Source: Omnitrophica bacterium RIFCSPHIGHO2_02_FULL_46_20 | Lineage (GTDB): Bacteria > Omnitrophota > Gorgyraeia > 2-01-FULL-45-10 | DNA length: 46,646 bases | Reading direction: 5' to 3' | Assembly (NCBI GenBank): GCA_001804065.1 | Contig: MHFG01000082.1 | Span: 1 to 46,646, forward strand | Shown: in pieces, positions 26,445 to 34,929 of the stretch | How positions within the stretch are numbered: position 1 is the first letter of the stretch | How the letters are laid out: each line of letters begins with the position of its first letter | Notes under the pieces: generated by a model | What the model saw: only the letters and a program-made list of their open reading frames with translations | Databases searched by the model: none | What the model was told of the DNA's origin: nothing | Translations under genes and position numbers: made by a program

Positions 26445-27481
26445 CAAGCGCTATGGGCAGGATACTAATTGTAAATGTTAACTGGATAGGAGATGTAATA
26501 TTCTCTACGCCTTTTATAAAAGCGGTGCGCCAAGCCCATCCGGATAGTTACGTCGCGTGCCTGCTGCATCCCAGGTGTGTCGAGATCTTAAAAGATAACC
26601 CGCGTATTGACGAGATCATAGTATACGATGAGGAAGGGGCGCACAGAAGCCTTTTGGGAAAGCTTAAACTCATAATCAATTTAAAAAAGAAAAAGTTCGA
26701 CACGGCTTTTATCTTGCATAGATCATTTACAAAAGCGCTCATAACATTTTTAGCCGGTATAAAAGAGAGGATAGGCTATCCGACAAAGCATAGGAGCGTA
26801 TTTTTAACGAAAGCGGTCGAGATATCTGACGAAGAGGCTCCGCACAAGGTGGAATATTTTTTGAACCTTGCTAGGGCCTCGGGCATAAACGCGCGCGACA
26901 TCGCGTATGAATTTTTTATTAAGGATTCCGATAGGCAAAGAGCGAGCCAATTCTTAAAAGAAAATGGCGTGCTCGATAAAGACCTTCTCGTTGCGCTATG
27001 TCCGGGCGGCAACTGGGGCATGAAGAGATGGCCGAAGGAAAACTTTGCTAAGCTAGGCGATCTATTTATTGAGAAGCTTGGCGCTAAAGTTCTTATATCC
27101 GGCGCAAAAAAGGATATATCATTAACCGAAGACATAAAGAAGATGATGAAAGGTAAGCCCGTTATCTCCTGCGGCAAGACTACCTTGAAGGAACTAGGCG
27201 CTCTATTGGAAAGGGTGGATCTGGCCGTGGCTAACGATACGGGGCCCATGCATCTTGCGGTGGCTATGAAGACAAATGTTGTAGCGCTGTTTGGGCCGAC
27301 ATCACCGCGCCTTACGGGGCCATACGGCCCAGGCAGCTACCGTGTGATATGGAAAAATGAGGAGTGTGACGTGCCTTGTTATGATGTTTCTTGCGCCGAA
27401 AACCGCTGCATGGCATTGATAACCGTTGAAGAGGTATTCAAAGAGGCTAAAAGCATGCTGACGCGGATACCTATTCCATAG
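26441..27481 (+). CDS. GT9-family (heptosyl)transferase, paralog 2
   Basis: ILIVNVNWIGDVIFSTPF, VANDTGPMHLAVAMKTNVVALFGPTSP, C-terminal CDVPCYDVSCAENRC. Confidence 0.75.
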   Translation: MTSAMGRILIVNVNWIGDVIFSTPFIKAVRQAHPDSYVACLLHPRCVEILKDNPRIDEIIVYDEEGAHRSLLGKLKLIINLKKKKFDTAFILHRSFTKALITFLAGIKERIGYPTKHRSVFLTKAVEISDEEAPHKVEYFLNLARASGINARDIAYEFFIKDSDRQRASQFLKENGVLDKDLLVALCPGGNWGMKRWPKENFAKLGDLFIEKLGAKVLISGAKKDISLTEDIKKMMKGKPVISCGKTTLKELGALLERVDLAVANDTGPMHLAVAMKTNVVALFGPTSPRLTGPYGPGSYRVIWKNEECDVPCYDVSCAENRCMALITVEEVFKEAKSMLTRIPIP

Positions 27482-27497
27482 AGAAGAAGATATAATT

Positions 27498-28475
27498 ATG
27501 ATAGTGGATAAATCTCAGGTTAAGCGCATACTTGTTATCACTCTGAGCAACGTTGGCGACATAATACTTACGACGCCTGTTATACGAGTATTGGCAAAAG
27601 AATTTCCAGGCTCAAGAATAGACGTGATGGTAGGCCCGAGCGGCAAGGATATTTTTGATAAAGACCCGCGAATATTTAAATTGATCATCTATGACAAACA
27701 TCTGCCGATATCCGACAAGAGAAGGCTGCAATTAAAATTGAAGAGATTGAAATACGATGCGGTTGTCGATCTTCGAAATACCGTGCTGCCTCTTTTGATA
27801 GGCCCCAAATACAGGACGAGCCCAATGCAGACTTTTCCTAAAGCTGTTGTCCATAAAAAACACAGGCATTTATATAGACTCTATTGCCTTGGTATTCGCA
27901 GCCTGAATGAAGATTTATATATACATATTCCCAGAGAGGACGAGGAATACGTAGATGCCCTTCTTAAGGAAAACGGCATTGCCGAACCCATCGTTGTAAT
28001 TAATCCCGGCGCGAAAAGCCACCTTAAAAGGTGGGCGATAGAGGGTTTCGTAGAATTAGCGGATAGGCTTATTAATGAATGCAGGGCTAATGTAGTTTTT
28101 ATAGGCCTAAACGAAGACAAGGATGTAGTCTCTTCGATCATAAAGAAGATGAGGGGCGAGGCGCATAACTTTGTAAATAAGACGAATATCCGTCAACTTG
28201 GCAGTTTGTTAAAAAGGACGAAGTTACTCATAACGAACGACAGCGCCCCCCTGCATCTGGGATGCGCCGTAGGAACGAGGGTGCTGGCTATATTCGGCCC
28301 GACCAACCCGAAAAAATACGGGCCGACAGGAGAATTCGATGTTGTAGTGAATAAAAAACTTTTCTGTTCGCCGTGTGAAAGCGCGGAGTGTAAATATGAT
28401 CACGAATGCATGAAACTTATCTGTGCGGATGAAGCTTACGAAGCGGCGAAGATTATGGTGCAAGGTTATGGATAA
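27498..28475 (+). CDS. GT9-family (heptosyl)transferase, paralog 3
   Basis: ILVITLSNVGDIILTTPV, ITNDSAPLHLGCAVGTRVLAIFGPTNP, CSPCESAECKYDHEC. Confidence 0.75.
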   Translation: MIVDKSQVKRILVITLSNVGDIILTTPVIRVLAKEFPGSRIDVMVGPSGKDIFDKDPRIFKLIIYDKHLPISDKRRLQLKLKRLKYDAVVDLRNTVLPLLIGPKYRTSPMQTFPKAVVHKKHRHLYRLYCLGIRSLNEDLYIHIPREDEEYVDALLKENGIAEPIVVINPGAKSHLKRWAIEGFVELADRLINECRANVVFIGLNEDKDVVSSIIKKMRGEAHNFVNKTNIRQLGSLLKRTKLLITNDSAPLHLGCAVGTRVLAIFGPTNPKKYGPTGEFDVVVNKKLFCSPCESAECKYDHECMKLICADEAYEAAKIMVQGYG

Positions 28476-29538
28476 GGGGCAAAAGGACTGGGTGCGGGGT
28501 CAAAAGTATAAAAAAATCCTGATTGTGAGAATGGATAAGATCGGAGACCTTGTGCTTTCTACGCCCGCGATAAAAGCCGTGCGCGACACATATCCGGATA
28601 GCTACATCGCGGTCCTTGTCAGGCCATACGCCCGGGAAATAATAGAAGGGAATCCGTACATCAATGAAGTCATCACATACGACAAAACAAACGGCGACAA
28701 AGGCCTTCTGAAGAATATCAGATTTATTTTGAATTTGAGAAAGAAAAAATTCGACCTCGCATTGGTGCTTCATCCGAAAAATCGCACGCATATATTTTTA
28801 TTTTTGGCCGGTATCCCCGCAAGGATCGGATACGACAAAAAGCTCGGGGTTCTTCTTACAAAAAAAATCCCGCACATAAAACAGTATGGATTGAAACACG
28901 AAATAGATTATACGCTGGATCTTTTGCGTTATATAGGCGTTGAACCCAAAGAGAAGGCCCTATATGTTCCTGTAAATAAAGCCAGTGAAAAAAAGATAGG
29001 CGGTATCTTCGCTGAAAATGGCATATCGGAAGATGATATGGTTATAACGATACATCCGGGCTCTAGCTGTCCATCTAAGAGATGGCGCGCCGAGCATTTC
29101 GCTAAAGTGGCGGATTCCTTGGCTCAAAATTATAAGGCAAAAATTGTTATAATAGCGGGCCCAGGGGATAAAGATTTTGGCGATAAAACGGCTGAATTAA
29201 TGAAATCTAAAAAAACGAATCTTTCATGCAAGACCACTATTGCGGATCTCGCCAGCATCTTAAAGCGAACACGGCTTTTTATATCGAACGACTCAGGGCC
29301 GGTTCACATAGCCTGTGCTGTCGGGGCCCCTACAATAGCGATATTCGGACGTAACGATAGAGGGCTTTCGCCCACGCGCTGGCGGCCGGTTGGAGAACAT
29401 GACATAGCCCTACACAAGGATATTGGCTGCGAAACATGCCTGTCACACAATTGTGCAATAAGCTTCGCATGCCTCGAGGCTATAACCGAAGAAGAGGTTT
29501 TGCGGGCGGCGGAAAAGATATTAGGAAGGCCCGTATAA
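28468..29538 (+). CDS. GT9-family (heptosyl)transferase, paralog 4. The start is moved to the ATG at 28468 (8-nt overlap with the upstream gene).
   Basis: ILIVRMDKIGDLVLSTPA, ISNDSGPVHIACAVGAPTIAIFG, CETCLSHNCAISFAC. Confidence 0.7.
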   Translation: MDKGQKDWVRGQKYKKILIVRMDKIGDLVLSTPAIKAVRDTYPDSYIAVLVRPYAREIIEGNPYINEVITYDKTNGDKGLLKNIRFILNLRKKKFDLALVLHPKNRTHIFLFLAGIPARIGYDKKLGVLLTKKIPHIKQYGLKHEIDYTLDLLRYIGVEPKEKALYVPVNKASEKKIGGIFAENGISEDDMVITIHPGSSCPSKRWRAEHFAKVADSLAQNYKAKIVIIAGPGDKDFGDKTAELMKSKKTNLSCKTTIADLASILKRTRLFISNDSGPVHIACAVGAPTIAIFGRNDRGLSPTRWRPVGEHDIALHKDIGCETCLSHNCAISFACLEAITEEEVLRAAEKILGRPV

Positions 29539-29545
29539 TATTGAT

Positions 29546-29575
29546 TTGACTCATCTTGGAATTTCATGATAAAAT
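29546..29575 (+). promoter_or_regulatory. Candidate sigma70-type promoter for the DHS-like gene
   Basis: TTGACT (29546-51), 18-nt spacer, then TAAAAT (29570-75) preceded by TGA (extended -10-like). Confidence 0.35.
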
Positions 29576-29586
29576 AACGAAACCTT

Positions 29587-30522
29587 ATGCAAAAGCGCGC
29601 TGATTTTTCAAAGATTAAGACATCCTGTCTCGATACAAGAAAGTGCAAGGTCTCAATAGGGGATTTTGCCTGCCTTGCCAAGAAAGGCTCTTCCTTCAAG
29701 GGCTTTTACGATTCACTTCCCCATATTCTTGCGGCTGATAATTTTAAAGCCGTGGTAGACAATATAGTTTATGCGCACAAGCATAAGAAGATGGTAATAT
29801 TCATGATGGGCGCTCACGTTATAAAGTGCGGCCTCTCGCCGCTTATCACAGACCTGATGAAAAGGAGAGTTATTAAAGCAGTCGCGCTTAACGGCGCAGG
29901 TATAATACATGACGCGGAAGTCGCGATGATAGGCAGGACGAGCGAAGATGTCGGAGAGGGTATCATAAACGGCTCTTTCGGCATGGCGGAAGAAACCGCC
30001 GCCTTTATAAACGGCGCGATAAATTATGGTTTCAGAAACGGACTAGGCATTGGCGAAGCCCTCGGAAGCCGTATCGCGCAAGCCAATTTTAAATATAAAG
30101 AGATGAGCGTTTTGGCAGCCGGCTCTAAATATGGCGTGCCGGTCACAGTCCATGTAGCGATAGGAACTGATATAATACACCAGCATCCGAGCGCTAACGG
30201 CATGGCTATCGGCGAAGGGTCGTTGCTCGATTTCAAGACATTCGTTTATGGAGTTTCAAAACTTGAAGACGGAGTAGCTGTAAACATAGGATCGGCTGTA
30301 GTACTCCCCGAAGTCTTTTTAAAAGCGGTTACGATCGCCCGCAATCTTAAGTTTAAAATTCATAAATTCACAACGGCAAATTTTGATATGATAAATCAGT
30401 ATAGGCCGCGTCAGAACGTTCTTTCGCGGCCGACATCTATGGGCGGTAATGGCTATAATATAATCGGCCATCATGAGATAATGCTCCCATTGCTTTATCG
30501 TTCGATAATAGAAAAAATCTGA
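29587..30522 (+). CDS. Conserved hypothetical protein, possibly with a deoxyhypusine-synthase-like (DHS-like NAD-binding) fold. The function assignment is weak.
   Basis: The block GAHVIKCGLSPLITDLMKRRVIKAVALNGAGIIHDAEVA resembles, from memory, the GA..G....I..L......D.....GAN..HD block of DHS-family proteins. No other diagnostic motif. The ORF itself is long, with typical codon usage. Confidence 0.3.
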   Translation: MQKRADFSKIKTSCLDTRKCKVSIGDFACLAKKGSSFKGFYDSLPHILAADNFKAVVDNIVYAHKHKKMVIFMMGAHVIKCGLSPLITDLMKRRVIKAVALNGAGIIHDAEVAMIGRTSEDVGEGIINGSFGMAEETAAFINGAINYGFRNGLGIGEALGSRIAQANFKYKEMSVLAAGSKYGVPVTVHVAIGTDIIHQHPSANGMAIGEGSLLDFKTFVYGVSKLEDGVAVNIGSAVVLPEVFLKAVTIARNLKFKIHKFTTANFDMINQYRPRQNVLSRPTSMGGNGYNIIGHHEIMLPLLYRSIIEKI

Positions 30523-30525
30523 TGA

Positions 30526-30633
30526 ATCCCGCCCCTTTGGCAAAAAGCCGTATGTGGCGATATTAGACATAATTGGTAAAAAAACAAAATATTATAGGCA
30601 GGAATAAGAATAAATCCGCCAAAGGAGCGGGAT
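30526..30633 (+). promoter_or_regulatory. Long-range 16-bp pairing that would sequester the hldA Shine-Dalgarno and start codon
   Basis: ATCCCGCCCCTTTGGC (30526-41) pairs with GCCAAAGGAGCGGGAT (30618-33) at 15/16 positions. The 3' arm contains AAGGAG and the AT of ATG 30632. The loop is 76 nt and A-rich. Confidence 0.35.
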
Positions 30634-31630
30634 GAAGACGCAAAATTTTACCAAATTAAATAGCATAATTTCAAATTTCAAGAATACAAATGTTCTTGTA
30701 ATAGGAGACATCATACTCGACGAATTCATCTGGGGCGATGTTTCGCGTATTTCACCTGAGGCGCCGGTACCGGTTGTGTGGGTGAAGAGAGAGAGTTTTA
30801 TGCCTGGAGGCGCGTCGAATGTCGCTAATAATCTGAGGTCGCTAGGCGCTCGCACATACTTAGCCGGTGTTATCGGAGATGATGAGAGAGGCGCAACATT
30901 GAAAGGCGCGCTTGAACAAAAAGGTATCGATACAAGCGGCATAATGATAGACGAATCGCGCCCAACGACCTTGAAGACGCGGATCGTAGCGCAGCATCAG
31001 CAGGTTGTCAGGATAGATAAGGAGAAGGTAGATACTTTAAGCGATGCGTTAATATCCAGGATTATCAACTGCGCAAAAGAGTTGATCGACAAGATAGACG
31101 CTGTTATTATAGAGGATTATGGTAAGGGCGTGATCACGCCGAAACTGTTAAAATATATAGTGCCGCTTGCAAAGGCGCACAAAAAAATAATTTCAGTCGA
31201 TCCAAAAGAAGAACGCCTGAAGTATTATCATGGCATTACCCTGATTACCCCGAATAATCATGAAGCCTCGAAGGCCGTGGGATTTGAGATAAAAGACAAT
31301 GCGACGTTAAAGAAGGCCGGAGAGGAGATGCTTAAAAAATTCAAATGTAAAATAGCATTGATAACTTTAGGCGAAAACGGAATGGCCGTATTTCAGAAAG
31401 ATAAAACCATGAAACACATACCTACGGTTGCGCAGGAAGTATTTGATGTATCGGGCGCAGGCGATACCGTTATAGCGTGTTATACCTTAGCGCTGGCCGC
31501 CGGAGCTAATCCCGTCGAGGCGGCTCACATATCGAATTATGCCGCAGGAATAGTAGTCGGCAAGGTTGGTATAGCGATTGTTACACCGGATGAACTTATA
31601 AATAGAATTAAGAGGGAGATGGGTAAATGA
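30632..31630 (+). CDS. hldA: D-glycero-beta-D-manno-heptose-7-phosphate kinase (RfaE domain I only, PfkB family)
   Basis: VLVIGDIILDEFIWGDVSRISPEAPVPV, DVSGAGDTV. It has no C-terminal adenylyltransferase domain. LPS context. Confidence 0.75.
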   Translation: MKTQNFTKLNSIISNFKNTNVLVIGDIILDEFIWGDVSRISPEAPVPVVWVKRESFMPGGASNVANNLRSLGARTYLAGVIGDDERGATLKGALEQKGIDTSGIMIDESRPTTLKTRIVAQHQQVVRIDKEKVDTLSDALISRIINCAKELIDKIDAVIIEDYGKGVITPKLLKYIVPLAKAHKKIISVDPKEERLKYYHGITLITPNNHEASKAVGFEIKDNATLKKAGEEMLKKFKCKIALITLGENGMAVFQKDKTMKHIPTVAQEVFDVSGAGDTVIACYTLALAAGANPVEAAHISNYAAGIVVGKVGIAIVTPDELINRIKREMGK

Positions 31631-32376
31631 AGACAATAGGGGTTATACCGGCGCGATGGGGTTCTACGAGATTTGAGGGAAAGGTCCTGGCAGATCTTTT
31701 GGGCAGGCCTGTAGTTCAGCATGTATGGGAAAACGCGAAAAAGGCCAAAACCCTCGACGATCTTGTTGTGGCATGCGATGACGAGAGGATAATGAAGGTT
31801 GTGGAAGGCTTCGGAGGCAAGGCGGTATACACGTCGCCCGATCAGCCTTCCGGCACGGACAGGCTTGCCGAGGTCGTCAATCCTATGGACGTGAAGATCG
31901 TCGTTAATATTCAGGGTGACGAACCGCTCGTGAAGCCCATTATGATAGACAACCTCGTTATGTCGCTGGATGATGAGAAGGTTGCCCAGATGGCGACCAT
32001 GATAAAAAAGATAGACGATGATTCCGATCTCACTAATTCAAATGTGGTTAAGATTATCTTTGATAAAAGTGGTTACGCGATATATTTTTCACGGTATGCG
32101 ATTCCATATAACAGAACCACTGCGGCGGATAAAGATAAGAAGAAGCCGGTCTACTATAAGCACATAGGTATGTACGCCTTCACAAAGGATTTTCTCTTCA
32201 CATTCAGGAATCTCCCGAAATCGGCGCTTGAGAACGCTGAGAAGTTAGAGCAGCTGCGCGTGCTGGAATATGGGTATAAGATAAAGGTGGTTGAGACTAA
32301 GTTCGATACGGTAGGCGTTGATACTCACGATGATTTGATAAAGGTGAAAGAGATATTGCTGCAGGAGAGGCAATAA
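31627..32376 (+). CDS. kdsB: CMP-Kdo synthetase
   Basis: GVIPARWGSTRFEGKVL, NIQGDEP, EQLRVLEYGY. Confidence 0.9.
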   Translation: MKTIGVIPARWGSTRFEGKVLADLLGRPVVQHVWENAKKAKTLDDLVVACDDERIMKVVEGFGGKAVYTSPDQPSGTDRLAEVVNPMDVKIVVNIQGDEPLVKPIMIDNLVMSLDDEKVAQMATMIKKIDDDSDLTNSNVVKIIFDKSGYAIYFSRYAIPYNRTTAADKDKKKPVYYKHIGMYAFTKDFLFTFRNLPKSALENAEKLEQLRVLEYGYKIKVVETKFDTVGVDTHDDLIKVKEILLQERQ

Positions 32377-32380
32377 AAAT

Positions 32381-33205
32381 ATGAAGACTGCAAGAGAGAT
32401 TAAAGCGGGGGGCGTAAAGATAGGTTCTAATAATCCGCTCGTCCTTATCGCGGGACCTTGCGTCATAGAGTCGGAAGCGAGCGCAATCCGGCATGCAAAG
32501 GCCTTGAAAGATATCGCGGGAAGACTCGGCATACCATTGGTTTATAAAGCCAGTTACGACAAGGCAAACCGCACCTCATTAGATTCTTTTCGCGGGCCTG
32601 GGTTGAGGAAAGGCTTAAAGATATTAAAGAAAATCAAGCACGATCTGGGCTTGGCCGTATTGTCGGATATACATTGCAAAGAAGAAGCCAGAGAGGCGGC
32701 CAAAGTTCTTGACATAATCCAGATACCGGCATTTCTCTCGCGGCAAACCGATCTTATTCTTACGGCGGCAAAGACAGGCAAGGCAGTCAATATAAAGAAA
32801 GGGCAGTTTCTGGCGCCGTGGGATATGCGCCACGTTGTTAAGAAGATAGAAGCTGTCGGAAATAAAAATATAATACTTACCGAAAGAGGCGTAAGCTTTG
32901 GTTACAATAATCTGGTAAGCGATTTCAGGTCTGTTCTTATCATGAAGGACCTGGGCTATCCGGTTATATACGATGCAACGCACTCTGTCCAGATGCCGGG
33001 GGGGTTAGGGGATAGGTCAGGCGGTGAAAGCGCCTTTATACCGTATCTGGCAATGGCCGCGGTTGCCTGCGGAGTCGACGGGATATTCGTCGAAGTCCAT
33101 GAAGACCCTAAAAAAGCATTGAGCGATGGCCCTAATATGCTGAGGCTGCAGGATTTAGAGAAGATGCTGATAAAATTAAAAAAGGTCGAAAAAGCGGTAA
33201 GATAA
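32381..33205 (+). CDS. kdsA: Kdo-8-phosphate synthase
   Basis: LIAGPCVIES, QIPAFLSRQTDL, DATHSVQMPGG. Confidence 0.9.
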   Translation: MKTAREIKAGGVKIGSNNPLVLIAGPCVIESEASAIRHAKALKDIAGRLGIPLVYKASYDKANRTSLDSFRGPGLRKGLKILKKIKHDLGLAVLSDIHCKEEAREAAKVLDIIQIPAFLSRQTDLILTAAKTGKAVNIKKGQFLAPWDMRHVVKKIEAVGNKNIILTERGVSFGYNNLVSDFRSVLIMKDLGYPVIYDATHSVQMPGGLGDRSGGESAFIPYLAMAAVACGVDGIFVEVHEDPKKALSDGPNMLRLQDLEKMLIKLKKVEKAVR

Positions 33206-34165
33206 ATGTCACAAAAAATAGCAAAAAAGGTTTTAGAAATCGAGCGCGACGCGCTTTCCAGCCTCATAAATAGGATAGATTCGAATTTCGAGAAAGTCAT
33301 AAACGCGCTCTATAATATAAAGGGCCGTGTCATAGTTACAGGAATGGGAAAGCCCGGATTTATCGCACAGAAGATATCCGCTACGCTTTCTTCAACCGGA
33401 ACGCCTTCGTTGTATCTGCACCCCGCCGAAGCCCTGCATGGAGATATCGGCAGGGTTACTAAGGACGACCTGATCTTGGCGCTTTCTAATAGCGGCGAAA
33501 CCGAGGAGATGGTGAAATTCCTGCCTATAGTAAAGAAGATAGGCGCGAAGTTGGTCGCGATGGTCGGAAATACAAAATCGATATTAGCAAAGAACGCCGA
33601 TTATATTATTGATACATCCATCAAAAGGGAAGCGTGCTCTTTAGGCTTAGCGCCCACGACCTCTACTACAGCGATGCTTGCCATGGGAGACGCTTTGGCA
33701 ATAGCCCTTCTTGAAAAGAAAGGTTTTAAAGAGACGGATTTCGCGTTCTACCATCCCGGTGGAATATTAGGCAAACGCCTTATATTAAGTGTAGGCGATA
33801 TCATGAGAAAGGGGCGCGATAATCCGATAGTAAATGAGAACCTTGCGGTTAAGAAGGTTCTTCTTTCGATAACTAAGGCGCGCGCGGGCAGCGCGAGCGT
33901 TGTTGATTCAAAAGGAAGGCTTATAGGCATATTCACAGACGGGGATTTAAGGCGCCACCTTGAGACGATGCCGGATCTTATCAATAAAAAAGTAAAAGAT
34001 GTTATGACAAGAAATCCCGTTACGATAAAGAAAGACAAGTTAGCCGCGGAGGCCTTTGATATACTGCGCTCAAAGAAAATAGACGAAATACCGGTTGTTG
34101 ACGATAAGAAACGGGCTATCGGACTGGTAGATGTCCAGGATCTCCTAAAGGCGGGCCTTGTATGA
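33206..34165 (+). CDS. kdsD: Arabinose-5-phosphate isomerase (SIS domain plus two CBS domains)
   Basis: VTGMGKPGFIAQKISATLSSTGTPS, SNSGETEE, C-terminal CBS pair. Confidence 0.85.
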   Translation: MSQKIAKKVLEIERDALSSLINRIDSNFEKVINALYNIKGRVIVTGMGKPGFIAQKISATLSSTGTPSLYLHPAEALHGDIGRVTKDDLILALSNSGETEEMVKFLPIVKKIGAKLVAMVGNTKSILAKNADYIIDTSIKREACSLGLAPTTSTTAMLAMGDALAIALLEKKGFKETDFAFYHPGGILGKRLILSVGDIMRKGRDNPIVNENLAVKKVLLSITKARAGSASVVDSKGRLIGIFTDGDLRRHLETMPDLINKKVKDVMTRNPVTIKKDKLAAEAFDILRSKKIDEIPVVDDKKRAIGLVDVQDLLKAGLV

Positions 34166-34692
34166 TAAAGAGCGAAGTAGCCGAAAGGGCAAGGCGCGTC
34201 AAACTGCTTATAGTTGATATAGACGGTGTAATGACCGATGGGCGTATCGTCTATAGCATTTACGGCGATGAGTTAAAATTTTTTGATGTTACCGACGGTT
34301 TCGGGATATCGTTATTAAATAGGGCAGGCATAAAAACCGCGATAATCACAGCGAAGAAATCGCGTATAGTCAAGATGCGCGCGCGGGATCTGAAAATCGC
34401 GAAAGCATATCAGGGTTTTATAGATAAACTCATACCGTTCGATAAGCTCCTCAAGAAATTCAAGATAGCCGCCGAAAACATCTGCTTCATAGGAGACGAC
34501 CTGCCGGACATGCCCATATTAAGAAGGGTGGGGTTTGCGGTATCCGTGCCTAATGCGCTCGACGAAGTAAAAGCCGCGGCTCATTATATAACGTTGAAGG
34601 CAGGCGGGCGCGGCGCAGTGCGCGAAGTCTGCGACATTCTCTTAAAGTCCCAGGGCAAGTGGGACGAAGCCACCGCCAAATACTTCAAGTAA
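34162..34692 (+). CDS. kdsC: Kdo-8-phosphate phosphatase (HAD superfamily)
   Basis: LLIVDIDGVMTDGRI, FIGDDLPD. ATGA overlap with kdsD. Confidence 0.85.
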   Translation: MIKSEVAERARRVKLLIVDIDGVMTDGRIVYSIYGDELKFFDVTDGFGISLLNRAGIKTAIITAKKSRIVKMRARDLKIAKAYQGFIDKLIPFDKLLKKFKIAAENICFIGDDLPDMPILRRVGFAVSVPNALDEVKAAAHYITLKAGGRGAVREVCDILLKSQGKWDEATAKYFK

Positions 34693-34722
34693 AATATGCC
34701 CCGCAGGGCAGATTTTACTTGA
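34685..34722 (+). terminator. Probable intrinsic terminator of the hldA-kdsBADC unit. Its 5' arm includes the kdsC stop codon.
   Basis: TCAAGTAAAATATGCCC-cgca-GGGCAGATTTTACTTGA: 17-bp stem with 1 mismatch. The GC core TGCCC/GGGCA is flanked by AAAA and TTTT. Confidence 0.5.
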
Positions 34723-34829
34723 TCCTGACCCCGCCTTGCCCCGCCGCTTTCTTGCGAAAGCAAGAGGCGGGGCAAGGCGGGGGGAGGATCTAATTTAAGA
34801 AACCTGATATAATTTCCTATGCTGTCAAG
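34707..34829 (+). repeat. Repeat family 2, copy B, carrying a 70-nt GAAA-capped hairpin (34721-34790)
   Basis: GGCAGATTTTACTTGATCCTGACCCCGC ... GCGGGGGGAGGATCTAAT..TATAATTTCCTATGCTGTCAAG. The hairpin has a perfect 17-bp segment (34729-45/34766-82) and a 6-bp apical stem with a GAAA loop (34756-59). TCAAGTAAAA direct repeats at 34685-94 and 34825-34. Confidence 0.7.
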
Positions 34830-34890
34830 TAAAAATTTTTCGCTTGTTGTTCCATTCCCGGGCCAAATTCGCGGGAAATTGGCAACTTCC

Positions 34891-34919
34891 TTGACAACAA
34901 TAACTAATTATTATATAGT
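34891..34919 (+). promoter_or_regulatory. Candidate sigma70 promoter giving a near-leaderless lpxL-like mRNA
   Basis: TTGACA (34891-96), 17-nt spacer, TATAGT (34914-19). The ATG at 34930 lies 10 nt after the -10 box, with no Shine-Dalgarno in between. Confidence 0.4.
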
Positions 34920-34929
34920 TATATGGTTT

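Noticed and set aside
34819-34929. 37-codon N-terminal extension of the lpxL-like gene
   Set aside because: Its ATG lies inside the conserved tail of repeat B and no SD is present. The family-typical N-terminus begins at the ATG at 34930, downstream of a good promoter.
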